The position numbers and the translations under genes are program-made. A stretch of 64,000 nt of DNA from Eledone cirrhosa (Eukaryota). Location: positions 7,440,001 through 7,504,000 of the forward strand of contig OZ024741.1 in NCBI GenBank assembly GCA_964016885.1. The letters are read 5' to 3'. The notes beneath the pieces are model-generated. The model was given only the letters and a program-made list of their open reading frames with translations, did not search any database and was not told the origin of the DNA. Shown here piece after piece: positions 1-14,600 of this stretch (position 1 is the stretch's first letter; each line of letters opens with the position of its first letter).

Positions 1-2214
1 CTCCATTTAAGGATGGTCAGGGACACTGCTTCCCACGCGACTCCATTTAAGGATGGTCGGGGACTCTGCTTTCCACCCGACTCCATTTAAGGATGGTCGG
101 GTACACTGCTTCCCACCCGACTCCATTTAAGGATGGTCGGGTACACTGCTTTACACCCGACTCCATTTAAAGATGGTAGGGGACATTGCTTCCCACCAGA
201 CTCCATTTAAGGATGGTCGGGGACATTGCTTCCCACCCGACACCATTTAAGGATGGTCGGGGACACTGCTTCCCGTCCGCCTCCATTAAAGGACGGTCCG
301 TGACACTGCTTCCCACCCGACTCCATTTAAGGATGGTCGGGGACACTGCTTCCCACCCGACTCCATTTAAGGATGGTCGTGGACACTGCTTCCCACCCGA
401 CTGCATTTAAGAATGGTCGGGGACACTGCTTCTCACCCGACTCTATTTAAGGATGGTCGGGGACACTGCTTCCCAGCCGACTCTATTTAAGGATGGTCGG
501 GGACACTGCTTCCCACCCGACTCCATTTAAGGATGGTCAATGAGATCGCTTCCCTCCCGACTCCATTTAAAGATGGTCGGGGACTCTGCTTTCCACCCGA
601 CTCCATTTAAGGATGGTCGGGGGCTCTGCTTTCCACCCGACTCCATCTAAGGATGGTCGTGGTCTATGCTTTCCACCCGACTCCATTTAAAGATGGTCGG
701 GGACACTGCTTCCCAACCGACTCCATTTAAGTATGGTCGGGGACAATGCTTCCCACTCGACTCCATTTAAGGATGCTTGGGGACACTTCTTCCCACCCGA
801 CTCCATTTAAGGATGGCCGAGGACATCGCTCCCACCCTACTCCATTTAAGGATGGTCGGGGCCTCTGCTTTCCACCCGACTCCATTTAAGGATGGTCAGG
901 GACAGTGCTTCCCACACGACACCATTTAAGGACGGTCGGGGACTCTGCTTTCCACCCGACTCCATTTATTGATGGTCGGGTACACTGCTTCACACCCGAC
1001 TCCATTTAAGGATGGTCGGGGACACTGCTTCCCACCCGACTCCATTTAAGGATGGTCTGGGACACTGCTGCACACCCGACTCCATTTAAGCATGGTCGTG
1101 GACATTCCTTCCCACCCGACTCTATTTAAGGATGATCCCGGATACTGCTTCCAACCCGACTCCATTTAAGGATGGTCGGGGCCTCTGCTTTCCACCCGAC
1201 TCCATTTAAGGACGGTCAGGGACAGTGCTTCCCACACGACTCCATTTAAGGACGGTCGGGGACCCTGCTTTCCACCCGACTCCATTTATTGATGGTCGGG
1301 TACACTGCTTACCACCCGACTCCATTTAAGGATGGTCGGGGACACTGCTTCCCACCCGACTCCATTTAAGGATGGTCTGGGACACTGCTGCACACCCGAC
1401 TCCATTTAAGCATGGTCAGGGACATTGCTTCCCACCCGACTCCATTTAAGTATGGTCGTGGACATTCCTTTCCAACCGACTCTATTTAAGGATGCTCGGG
1501 GACATTGCTTTCCGTCCGACTCCATTTAATGATGGTCCGGGACACTGCTTCCCACCCGACTCCATTTAAGTATGGTCGTGGACATTCCTTTCCAACCGAC
1601 TCTATTTAAGGATGCTCGGGGACATTGCTTCCCACCCGACTCCCTTTACCGATGGTAGGGTACATTGCTTCCCACGCGACTCCATTTAAGGATGGTTGGG
1701 GACATTGCTTCCCTCCCGACTCCATTTAAGGATGGTCGGGGACATTTCTTCCCACGCGACTCCATTTAAGGATGGTTGGGGACATTGCTTCCCACCCGAC
1801 TCCATTTAAGGATGGTCGGGACAGTGATTCCCACCCGACTCCATTTAAGGATGGTCGGGGACATTGCTTCCCACCCGTCTCCATTTAAGTATGGTCGGGG
1901 ACACTGCTTTCCGTCCGACTCCATTTAATGATGGTCCGGGACACGGCTTCCCACCCGACTCCATTTAAGGATGGTCGGGGACACTGCTTCCCACCCGACT
2001 CCATTTAAGGATGGTCGGGGACACTGCTTCCCACCCGACTCCATTTAAGGATGGTCGGGGACACTGCTTCCCACCCGACACCATTGAAGGAAGGTCGAAG
2101 GCTCTGCTTTCCACCCGACTCCATTTAAGGATGGTCAGGGACACTGCTTCCCTGCTGACTCCATTTAAAGATGGTCGGGGACTCTGCTTTCCACCTGACT
2201 CCATTTAAGGATGG
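1..2214. repeat. Near-identical block, copy 1 (copy 2 at 7904-10117, offset 7903 bp); probably extends left of the window
   Basis: Identical translated ORFs at 167/8070, 186/8089, 1965/9868 and 2011/9914, all offset by 7903. Rare variants are shared (caatgagatcgc, tttattgat, ccctttaccgat, attgaaggaaggtcgaagg). I noticed one difference (716 A vs 8619 C). Identity ends at 2215/10118. Confidence 0.93.
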
Positions 2215-3040
2215 GCTGGGACATTGCTTCCCACCCGACTCCATTTAAGGATGGGCTGGGACATTGCTTCCCACCCGACTCCATTTAAGGATGGGCTGGG
2301 ACATTGCTGCCCACCGACTCCATTTAAGGATGGTCGGGGACATTGCTTCCCACCGACTCCATTTAAGGATGGGCTGGGACATTGCTTCCCACCCGACTCC
2401 ATTTAAGGATGGGCTGGGATATTGCTTCCCACCCGACTCCATTTAAGGATGGTCGGGGACATTGCTTCCCACCCGACTCCATTTAAGGATGGGCTGGGAC
2501 ATTGCTTCCCACCCGACTCCATTTAAGGATGGTCGGGGACATTGCTTCCCACCCGACTCCATTTAAGGATGGTCGCGGACATTGCTTCCCACCCGACTCC
2601 ATTTAAGGATGGGCTGGGACATTGCTTCCCACCTACTCTATTTAAGGATGGGCTGGGACATTGCTTCCCACCCGACTCCATTTAAGGATGGTCGGGGACA
2701 TTGCTTCCCACCCGACTCCATTTAAGGATGGTCGCGGACATTGCTTCCCACCCGACTCCATTTAAGGATGGGCTGGGACATTGCTTCCCACCGACTCCAT
2801 TTAAGGATGGGCTGGGACATTGCTTCCCACCCGACTCCATTTAAGGATGGTCGGGGACATTGCTTCCCACCCGACTCCATTTAAGGATGGGCTGGGACAT
2901 TGCTTCCCACCCGACTCCATTTAAGGATGGTCGGGGACATTGCTTCCCACCCGACTCCATTTAAGGATGGTCGCGGACATTGCTTCCCACCGACTACATT
3001 TAAGGATGGTCGGGGACATTGCTTCCCACCCGTCTCCATT
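2205..3040. repeat. Locally homogenised run rich in the ATGGGCTGGGACATTGC monomer variant
   Basis: About 21 monomers, all with ATTGC. About half carry GGGCTGGG in place of GGTCGGGG. I did not see this variant elsewhere in the window. Confidence 0.85.
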
Positions 3041-3139
3041 TAAGTATGGTCGGGGATATTGCTTCCCACCCGACTCCATTTAAGGATGGTCCGGGACACA
3101 GCTTCCCAACCGACTCCATTAAGGAAGGTCGGGGGCTTT

Positions 3140-6100
3140 GCTTTCCACCCGACTCCATTTAAGGATGGTCGGGGACACAGTTTCCCTCCCGATTCCATTT
3201 CAGGATGGTCGGGGACTCTGCTTTCGACCCGACTCCATTTAAGGATGGTCGGGGACACTGCTTCCTGCTCGACTCCAGTTAAGGATGGTCGGGGACTTCT
3301 TCCCGCCCGACTCCATTTAAGGATGGTCGGGGACATTGCTTCCCACCCGATTCCATTTAAGAATGGTCGGGGACACTGCTTCCCACCCGACTCCATTTAA
3401 GGATGGTCGGGGATATTGCTTCCCACCCGACTCCATTTAAAGATGGTCGGGGACACTGCTTCCCACCCGACTCCATTTAAGGATGGTCGGGGACATTGCT
3501 TCCCACCCGACTCCATTTAAGGATGGTCGGGGACACTGCTTCCGACCCGACTCCATTTAAGGATGGTCGGGGACACTGCTTCCCACCCGACTCCATTTAA
3601 GGATGGTCGGGGACACTGCTTCCCACTCGACTCCATTTAAGGATGGTCGTGGACATTCCTTCCCACCCGACGCCATTTAAGAGTGGTGGGGGACAATGCT
3701 TCTCACCCGACTCTATTTAAGGATGATCGCAGACACTGCTTCCCACCCGACTCCATTTAAGAATGGTCGGGGACACTGCTTCCCACCCGACTCCATTTAA
3801 GGATGGTCGGGGACATTGCTTCCCACCCGACTCCATTTAAGGATGGTCGGGGACACTGCTTCCCACCCGACTCAATTTAAGGATAGTCGGGGACACTGCT
3901 TCCCGCTCGACTCCATTTAACGATTGTCGGGGACACTGCTTCCCGCCCGACTCCATTTAAGGATGCTCGGGGACACTGCTTCCCACCCGACTCCATTTAA
4001 GGATGGTCGAGGACATCGCTTCCCTCCCAACTCCATTTAAAGATGGTCGGGGACTCTGCTTTCCACCCGAATCCATTTAAGGATGGTCGGAGGCACTGCT
4101 TCCCACCCGACTCCATTTAAGGATGGTCAGGGACACTGCTTCCCACCCGACAACATTTAAGGATGGTCGGGGACTTTGCTTTCCACCCGACTCCATTTAA
4201 GGATGGTCGGGTACACTGCTTCCCACCCGACTCCATTTAAGGATGGTCGGGGACACTGCTTCCCACCGACTCCATTTAAGGATGGTCTGGGACACTGCTG
4301 CACACCCGACTCCATTTAAGCATGGTCAGGGACATTGCTTCCCACCCGACTTCATTTAAGGATGGTCGGGGACTCTGCTTTCCACCTGACTCCTTTTAAG
4401 TATGGTCGTGGACATTCCTTTCCACCCGACTCTATTTAAGGATGCTCGGAGACATTGCTTCCCACCCGACTCCCTTTACCGATGGTAGGGTACATTGCTT
4501 CCCACGCGACTCCATTTAAGGATGGTTGGGGACATTGCTTCCCACCCGACTCCATTTAAGGATGGTCGGGACATTGATTCCCACCCGACTCCATTTAAGG
4601 ATGGTCGGGGACATTGCTTCCCACCCGTCTCCATTTAAGGATGGTCGGGGACAATGCTTCCCACCCGACTCCATTTAAGAATGGTCGGGGACACTGCTTT
4701 CCGTCCGACTCCATTTAATGATGGTCCGGGACACTGCTTCCCACCCGTCTCCATTTAAGGATGGTCGGGGACAATGCTTCCCACCCGACTCCATTTAAGG
4801 ATGGTCGGGGACATTGCTTCCCACCCGTCTCCATTTAAGGATGGTCGGGGACAATGCTTCCCACCCGACTCCATTTAAGGATGGTCGGGGACACTGCTTC
4901 CCACCCGACTCCATTTAAGGATGGTCGGGGACACTTCTTCCCACCCGACTTCATTTAAGGATGGTCGTGGACAATGCTTCCCACCCGACTCCATTTAAGG
5001 ATGGTCGGGGACACTGCTTCCCACCCGACTCCATTTAAGGATGGTCCGGGACACTGCTTCCCACTCGACTCCATTTAAGGATGGTCGTGGACATTCCTTC
5101 CCACCCGACTCTATTTAAGGATGATCGCGGACACTGCTTCCCACCCGACTCCATTTAAGGATGGTCGGGGACACAGTTTCCCTCCCGATTCCATTTCAGG
5201 ATGGTCGGGGACTCTGCTTTCGACCCGACTCCATTTAAGGATGGTCGGGGACACTGCTTCCTGCTCGACTCCAGTTAAGGATGGTCGGGGACTTCTTCCC
5301 GCCCGACTCCATTTAAGGATGGTCGGGGACATTGCTTCCCACCCGATTCCATTTAAGAATGGTCGGGGACACTGCTTCCCACCCGACTCCATTTAAGGAT
5401 GGTCGGGGACATTGCTTCCCACCCGACTCCATTTAAAGATGGTCGGGGACACTGCTTCCCACCCGACTCCATTTAAGGATGGTCGGGGACATTGCTTCCC
5501 ACCCGACTCCATTTAAGGATGGTCGGGGACACTGCTTCCGACCCGACTCCATTTAAGGATGGTCGGGGACACTGCTTCCCACCCGACTCCATTTAAGGAT
5601 GGTCGGGGACACTGCTTCCCACTCGACTCCATTTAAGGATGGTCGTGGACATTCCTTCCCACCCGACGCCATTTAAGAGTGGTGGGGGACAATGCTTCTC
5701 ACCCGACTCTATTTAAGGATGATCGCAGACACTGCTTCCCACCCGACTCCATTTAAGAATGGTCGGGGACACTGCTTCCCACCCGACTCCATTTAAGGAT
5801 GGTCGGGGACATTGCTTCCCACCCGACTCCATTTAAGGATGGTCGGGGACACTGCTTCCCACCCGACTCAATTTAAGGATAGTCGGGGACACTGCTTCCC
5901 GCTCGACTCCATTTAACGATTGTCGGGGACACTGCTTCCCGCCCGACTCCATTTAAGGATGCTCGGGGACACTGCTTCCCACCCGACTCCATTTAAGGAT
6001 GGTCGAGGACATCGCTTCCCTCCCAACTCCATTTAAAGATGGTCGGGGACTCTGCTTTCCACCCGAATCCATTTAAGGATGGTCGGAGGCACTGCTTCCC

Positions 6101-7190
6101 ACCCGACTCCATTTAAGGATGGTCAGGGACACTGCTTCCCACCCGACAACATTTAAGGATGGTCGGGGACTTTGCTTTCCACCCGACTCCATTTAAGGAT
6201 GGTCGGGTACACTGCTTCCCACCCGACTCCATTTAAGGATGGTCGGGGACACTGCTTCCCACCGACTCCATTTAAGGATGGTCGGGGACACTGCTTCCCA
6301 CCCTACTCCATTTAAGGATGGTCTGGGACACTGCTGCACACCCGACTCCATTTAAGCATGGTCAGGGACATTGCTTCCCACCCGACTTCATTTAAGGATG
6401 GTCGGGGACTCTGCTTTCCAACTGACTCCTTTTAAGTATGGTCGTGGAGATTCCTTTCCACCCGACTCTATTTAAGGATGCTCGGAGACATTGCTTCCCA
6501 CCCGACTCCCTTTACCGATGGTAGGGTACATTGCTTCCCACGCGACTCCATTTAAGGATGGTTGGGGACATTGCTTCCCACCCGACTCCATTTAAGGATG
6601 GTCGGGACATTGATTCCCACCCGACTCCATTTAAGGATGGTCGGGGACATTGCTTCCCACCCGTCTCCATTTAAGGATGGTCGGGGACAATGCTTCCCAC
6701 CCGACTCCATTTAAGAATGGTCGGGGACACTGCTTTCCGTCCGACTCCATTTAATGATGGTCCGGGACACTGCTTCCCACCCGTCTCCATTTAAGGATGG
6801 TCGGGGACAATGCTTCCCACCCGACTCCATTTAAGGATGGTCGGGGACATTGCTTCCCACCCGTCTCCATTTAAGGATGGTCGGGGACAATGCTTCCCAC
6901 CCGACTCCATTTAAGGATGGTCGGGGACACTGCTTCCCACCCGACTCCATTTAAGGATGGTCGGGGACACTTCTTCCCACCCGACTTCATTTAAGGATGG
7001 TCGTGGACAATGCTTCCCACCCGACTCCATTTAAGGATGGTCGGGGACACTGCTTCCCACCCGACTCCATTTAAGGATGGTCCGGGACACTGCTTCCCAC
7101 TCGACTCCATTTAAGGATGGTCGTGGACATTCCTTCCCACCCGACTCTATTTAAGGATGATCGCGGACACTGCTTCCCACCCGACTCCAT
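3140..7190. repeat. Tandem duplication of an about 2.0-kb (about 50-monomer) unit; offset 1996 bp, rising to 2036 bp after one extra monomer near 6270-6310
   Basis: Shared rare variants: cgccatttaagagtggtggg at 3671/5667, a 38-bp monomer (ggggacttcttcccg) near 3291/5287, and ctat...gatcgcgg at 5111/7147. ORF ends 3396/5392. Confidence 0.9.
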
Positions 7191-7903
7191 TTCAGAATGG
7201 TCGGGGATACTGATTCTCACCGACTCCATTTAAGGATGCTCGGGGACACTGCTTCCGTCCAGACTCCATTTAAAGATGGTCGGGGACTCTGCATTCCACC
7301 CGACTCCATTTAAGGATGCTCGGGGATACTGCTTCCCTCCCGACTCCATTTAAAGATGGTCGGGGACTCTGCATTCCACCCGACTCCATTTAAGGATGGT
7401 CGGGGACATTGCTTCCCGCCCGACTCCATTTAAGGATGGTCGGGGACTCTGCTTTCCACCCGACTCCATTTAAGGATGGTCGGGTTCACTGCTTTCCACC
7501 CGACTCCATTTAAGTATGGTCTGGGACACTGCTTCCCACCCGACTTCATTTAAATTTGGTCGGGGACTCTGCATTCCACCCGACTCCATTTAAGGATGGT
7601 CGGGGGCTCTGCTTTCCCCCCGACTCCATTTAAGGATGGTCAGGGACAATGCTTCCCACGCGACTCCATTTAAGGATGGTCGGGGACTCTGCTTTCCACC
7701 CGACTCCATTTAAGGATGGTCGGGTACACTGCTTCCCAACCGACTCCATTTAAGGATGGTCGGGTACACTGCTTTACACCCGACTCCATTTAAGTATGGT
7801 CTGGGACACTGCTTCCCACCCGACTTTATTTAAATTTGGTCGGGGACTCTGCATTCCACCCGACTCCATTTAAGGATGGTCGGGGGCTCTGCTTTCCCCC
7901 CGA

Positions 7904-10117
7904 CTCCATTTAAGGATGGTCAGGGACACTGCTTCCCACGCGACTCCATTTAAGGATGGTCGGGGACTCTGCTTTCCACCCGACTCCATTTAAGGATGGT
8001 CGGGTACACTGCTTCCCACCCGACTCCATTTAAGGATGGTCGGGTACACTGCTTTACACCCGACTCCATTTAAAGATGGTAGGGGACATTGCTTCCCACC
8101 AGACTCCATTTAAGGATGGTCGGGGACATTGCTTCCCACCCGACACCATTTAAGGATGGTCGGGGACACTGCTTCCCGTCCGCCTCCATTAAAGGACGGT
8201 CCGTGACACTGCTTCCCACCCGACTCCATTTAAGGATGGTCGGGGACACTGCTTCCCACCCGACTCCATTTAAGGATGGTCGTGGACACTGCTTCCCACC
8301 CGACTGCATTTAAGAATGGTCGGGGACACTGCTTCTCACCCGACTCTATTTAAGGATGGTCGGGGACACTGCTTCCCAGCCGACTCTATTTAAGGATGGT
8401 CGGGGACACTGCTTCCCACCCGACTCCATTTAAGGATGGTCAATGAGATCGCTTCCCTCCCGACTCCATTTAAAGATGGTCGGGGACTCTGCTTTCCACC
8501 CGACTCCATTTAAGGATGGTCGGGGGCTCTGCTTTCCACCCGACTCCATCTAAGGATGGTCGTGGTCTATGCTTTCCACCCGACTCCATTTAAAGATGGT
8601 CGGGGACACTGCTTCCCACCCGACTCCATTTAAGTATGGTCGGGGACAATGCTTCCCACTCGACTCCATTTAAGGATGCTTGGGGACACTTCTTCCCACC
8701 CGACTCCATTTAAGGATGGCCGAGGACATCGCTCCCACCCTACTCCATTTAAGGATGGTCGGGGCCTCTGCTTTCCACCCGACTCCATTTAAGGATGGTC
8801 AGGGACAGTGCTTCCCACACGACACCATTTAAGGACGGTCGGGGACTCTGCTTTCCACCCGACTCCATTTATTGATGGTCGGGTACACTGCTTCACACCC
8901 GACTCCATTTAAGGATGGTCGGGGACACTGCTTCCCACCCGACTCCATTTAAGGATGGTCTGGGACACTGCTGCACACCCGACTCCATTTAAGCATGGTC
9001 GTGGACATTCCTTCCCACCCGACTCTATTTAAGGATGATCCCGGATACTGCTTCCAACCCGACTCCATTTAAGGATGGTCGGGGCCTCTGCTTTCCACCC
9101 GACTCCATTTAAGGACGGTCAGGGACAGTGCTTCCCACACGACTCCATTTAAGGACGGTCGGGGACCCTGCTTTCCACCCGACTCCATTTATTGATGGTC
9201 GGGTACACTGCTTACCACCCGACTCCATTTAAGGATGGTCGGGGACACTGCTTCCCACCCGACTCCATTTAAGGATGGTCTGGGACACTGCTGCACACCC
9301 GACTCCATTTAAGCATGGTCAGGGACATTGCTTCCCACCCGACTCCATTTAAGTATGGTCGTGGACATTCCTTTCCAACCGACTCTATTTAAGGATGCTC
9401 GGGGACATTGCTTTCCGTCCGACTCCATTTAATGATGGTCCGGGACACTGCTTCCCACCCGACTCCATTTAAGTATGGTCGTGGACATTCCTTTCCAACC
9501 GACTCTATTTAAGGATGCTCGGGGACATTGCTTCCCACCCGACTCCCTTTACCGATGGTAGGGTACATTGCTTCCCACGCGACTCCATTTAAGGATGGTT
9601 GGGGACATTGCTTCCCTCCCGACTCCATTTAAGGATGGTCGGGGACATTTCTTCCCACGCGACTCCATTTAAGGATGGTTGGGGACATTGCTTCCCACCC
9701 GACTCCATTTAAGGATGGTCGGGACAGTGATTCCCACCCGACTCCATTTAAGGATGGTCGGGGACATTGCTTCCCACCCGTCTCCATTTAAGTATGGTCG
9801 GGGACACTGCTTTCCGTCCGACTCCATTTAATGATGGTCCGGGACACGGCTTCCCACCCGACTCCATTTAAGGATGGTCGGGGACACTGCTTCCCACCCG
9901 ACTCCATTTAAGGATGGTCGGGGACACTGCTTCCCACCCGACTCCATTTAAGGATGGTCGGGGACACTGCTTCCCACCCGACACCATTGAAGGAAGGTCG
10001 AAGGCTCTGCTTTCCACCCGACTCCATTTAAGGATGGTCAGGGACACTGCTTCCCTGCTGACTCCATTTAAAGATGGTCGGGGACTCTGCTTTCCACCTG
10101 ACTCCATTTAAGGATGG
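7904..10117. repeat. Near-identical block, copy 2 of 1-2214
   Basis: Same ordered string of variant monomers as 1-2214 at a constant 7903-bp offset, including two shared 39-bp monomers. Confidence 0.93.
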
Positions 10118-11629
10118 TCGGGGACACTGCTTCCCACCCGACTCCATATAAGGATGGTCGGGGACATTGCTTCCCACCCGAATTCATTTAAGGATGGTGG
10201 AGGACATTGCTTCCCACCCGACTCCATTTAAGGATGGTCGGGGACACTGCTTCCCACTCGACTCCATTTAAGGATGGTCGTGGACATTCCTTCCCACCCG
10301 ACTCTATTTAAGGATGATCGCAGACACTGCTTCCCACCCGACTCCATTTAAGAATGGTCGGGGATACTGCTTCCCATCCGACTCCATTTAAGGATGGTCG
10401 GGGACACTGCTTCCCACCCGACTCAATTTAAGGATGGTCGGGGACACTGCTTCCCGCTCGACTCCATTTAAGGATGGTCGGGGACACTGCTTCCCGCCCG
10501 ACTCCATTTAAGGTTGCTCGGGGACACTGCTTCCCTCCCGACTCCATTTAAAGATGGTCGGGGACTCTGCTTTCCACCCGACTCCATTTAAGGATGGTCG
10601 GGTTCACTGCTTTCCACCCGACTCCATTTAAGTATGGGCGGGGACAGTGCTTCCCACCCGACTCCATTTAAGGATGGTCTGGGACACTGCTTCCCACCCG
10701 ACTCCATTTAAGGATGGTCGCGTACACTGCTTCCCACCCGACTCCATTTAAGGATGGTCGGGTACACTGCTTTACACCCGACTCCATTTAAAGATGGTAG
10801 GGGACATTGCTTCCCACCAGACTCCATTTAAGGATGGTCGGGGACATTGCTTCCCACCCGACTCCATTTAAGGATGGTCGGTGACATTGCTTCCCACCCG
10901 ACTCCATTTAAGGATGGTCGGGGACACTGCTTCCCGTCCGCCTCCATTTAAGGATGGTCCGTGACACTGCTTCCCACCCGACTCCATTTAAGGATGGTCG
11001 GGGACACTGCTTCCCACCCGACTCGATTTAAGGATGGTCGGGGACACTGCTTCCCACCCGACTCCATTTAAGGATGGTCGTGGACACTGCTTCCCACCCG
11101 ACTGCATTTAAGGATGGTCGGGGACACTGCTTCCCACCCGACTCGATTTAAGGATGGTCGGGGACACTGATTCCCACCCGACTCGATTTAAGGATGGTCG
11201 GGGACACTGCTTCCCACCCGACTCCATTTAAGGATGGTCGTGGACACTGCTTCCCACCCGACTCCATTTAAGGAAGGTCGGGGTCTCTGCTTTCTACCCG
11301 ACTCCATTTAAGGATGGTCAGTGACACTGCTTCCCTCCCGACTCCATTTAAGGATAGTCGGTGACATTGCTTCCCACCCGACTCCATTTAAGGATGGTCG
11401 GTGACACTGCTTCCGACCCGACTCCATTTAAGGATGGTCGGGGACACTGCTTCCCAGTCGACTCCATTTAAGGATGGTCTGGGACACTAATTCCCACCCG
11501 ACTCAATTTAAGGATGGTCCAGGACACCGCTTCCCTTCCGACTCCATTTAAGGATGGTCGGGGACTCTGCTTTCCACCCGACTTCATTTAAGGAGGGTCG
11601 GGGACACTGCTTCCCACCCGACTCCATTT

Positions 11630-14600
11630 AAGGATGGTCGTGGACATGGCTTTCCACCCGACTCCATTTAAGGATGGTCGGGGACATTGCTTCCCACCCG
11701 ACCCAATTTAAGGATGGTCGGGAATACTGCTTCCCGCACGACTCCATTTAAGGATGGTCGGGGACACTGCTTCCCGCACGACTCCATTTAAGGATGGTCG
11801 AGGACATCGCTTCCCTCCCGACTCCATTTAAGGATGGTCGGGGGCTCTGCTTTCCACCCGACTCCATTTAAGGATGGTCAGGGACACTGCTTCGCAGCCG
11901 ACTCCATTTAAGCATGGTCGGGAACTCTGCTTTTCACCGGACTCAATTTAAGGAAAGTCGCGGGCTCTGCTTTCCACCCGACTCCATTTAAGGATGGTCA
12001 GGGACACTGCTTCTCTCCCGACTCCATTTAAGGATGGTCGGGGACACTGCTTCTCTCCCGACTCCATTTAAGAACGGTCGGGGACTCTGCTTTCCACCCG
12101 ACTCAATTTAAGGATGGTCGGGGACACTGCTTCCCACCCGACTCCATTTAAGAATGGTCGGGGACACTGCTTCCCACCCGACTCCATTTAAGGATGCTCG
12201 GGGACACTGCTTCCCACCCGACTCCATTTAAGGATGTTCGAAGAGATCGCTTCCCTCCCGACTCCATTTAAAATGGTCAGGGACTCTGCTTTCCACCCGA
12301 CTCCATTTAAGGATGGTCGTGGTCTCTGCTTTCCACCCGACTCCATTTCAAGATGGTCGGGGACACTGCTTACCACCCGACTGCATTTAAGTATGGTCGG
12401 GGACAATGCTTCCCACTCGACTCCATTTAAGGATGGTCGGGGACACTGCTTCTCGCTCGACTCCATTTAAGGATGGTTGGGGACACTGCTTCCCGCCCGA
12501 CTCCATTTACGGATGCTTGGGGCCTCTGCTTTCCACCCGACTCCATTTAAGGATGGTCAGGGACAGTGCTTCCCACACGACTCCATTTAAGTACGGTCGG
12601 GGACACTGCTTCCCACCCGACTACATTTAAGGATGGTCGGGGACTCTGCTTTCCACCCGACTCCATTTAAGTATGGTCGTGGACATTCCTTTCCACGCGA
12701 CTCTATTTAAGGATGATCGCGGACAATGCTTCCCACCCGACTCCATTTAAGGATGCTCGGGGACATTGCTTCCCACCCGACTCCCTTTAAGGATGGTCGG
12801 GTACATTGCTTCCCACCCGACTCCATTTAAGGATGGTTGGGGAAATTGCTTCCCACCCGATTCCATTTAAGGATGAGGGGCGACATTGCTTCCCACCAGA
12901 CTCCATTTAAGGATCGTCGGGGACATTGCTTCCCACCCGACTCCATTTGAGGATGGTCCGAGACATTGCTTCCCACCCGTCTCCATTTAAGTAAGGTCGG
13001 GGACATTGCTTCCCACCCGACTCCATTTAAGGATGGTCGGGGACACTGCTTACCGTCCGCCTCCATTTAAGGATGGTCCGTGACACTGCTTCCCACCCGA
13101 CTCCATTTAAGGATGGTCGGGGACACTGCTTCCCACCCGACTCGATTTAAGGATGGTCGGGGACACTGCTTCCCACCCGACTCCATTTAAGGATGGTCGG
13201 GGACACTGCTTCTCACCCGACTCTATTGAAGTATGGTCGGGGACACTGCTTCCCACCCGACTCCATTTAAGGATGGTCTGGGACACTGATTCCCACCCGA
13301 CTCAATTTAAGGATGGTCCAGGACACCGCTTCCCTTTCGACTCCATTTAAGCATGGTCGGCGACTCTGCTTTCCACCCAACTCCATTTAAGGAAGGTCGG
13401 GGTCTCTGCTTTCTACCCGACTCCATTTAAGGATGGTCAGGGACACTGCTTCCCTCCCGACTCCATTTAAGGATAGTCGGTGACATTGCTTCCCACCCGA
13501 CTCCATTTAAGGATGGTCGGTGACACTGCTTCCGACCCGACTCCATTTAAGGATGGTCGGGGACACTGCTTCCCACCCGACTCCATTTAAGTATGGTCGG
13601 GGACAATGCTTCCCACTCGACTCCATTTAAGGATGGTCGGGGACACTGCTTCCCACTCGACTCCATTTAAGGATGGTGGGGGACACTGCTTCCCACCCGA
13701 GTCCATTTAAGGATGGTCGAGGACATCGCTCCCACCCGAATCCATTTAAGGATGGTCGGGGCCTCTGCTTTCCACCCGACTCCATTTAAGGATGGTCAGG
13801 GACAGTGCTTCACACCCGACTCCATTTAAGGACGGTCGGGGACTCTGCTTTCCACTCGACTCCATTTAAGGATGGTCGGGTACTCTGCTTCCCACCCGAC
13901 TCCATTTAAGGATGGTCGGGGACCCTGCTTTCCACCCGACTCCATTTAAAGATGGTAGGGGACATTGCTTCCCACCCGACTACATTTAAGGATGGTCGGG
14001 GACTCTGCTTTCCACCCGACTCCATTTAAGGATGGTCGTGGACATTCCTTCCCACCCGACTCCATTTAAAGATTCTTGGGGACACTGCTTCCCACCAGCC
14101 TCCATTTAATGATGGTCGGGGATACTGCTTTCCACCCGAATCCATTTAAGGATGGTCGGGTTCACTGCTTTCCACCCGACTCCATTTAAGTATGGTCGGG
14201 GACAGTGCTTCCTACCCGACTCCATTTATGAATGCTCTGGGACATTGCTGCACACGCGACTCCATTTAAGGATAGTCGGGGACACTGCTTCCCACCCGAC
14301 TCCATTTAAGGATGGTCGGGGACATTGCCTCTCACCCGACTTCATTTAAGGATGTTCAGGTACACTGCTTCCCACCCGACTCCATTTAAGGATGGTCGTG
14401 GACATGGCTTCCCACCCGACTCCATTTAAGGATGGTCGGGGACATTGCTTCCCACCCGACTCAATTTAAGGATGGTCGGGGACACTGCTTCCCGCACGAC
14501 TCCATTTAAGGATGGTCGGGGACACTTCTTCCCGCCCGACTCCATTTAAGGATGGTCGAGGACATCGCTTCCCTCCCGACTCCATTTAAGGATGGTCGGG

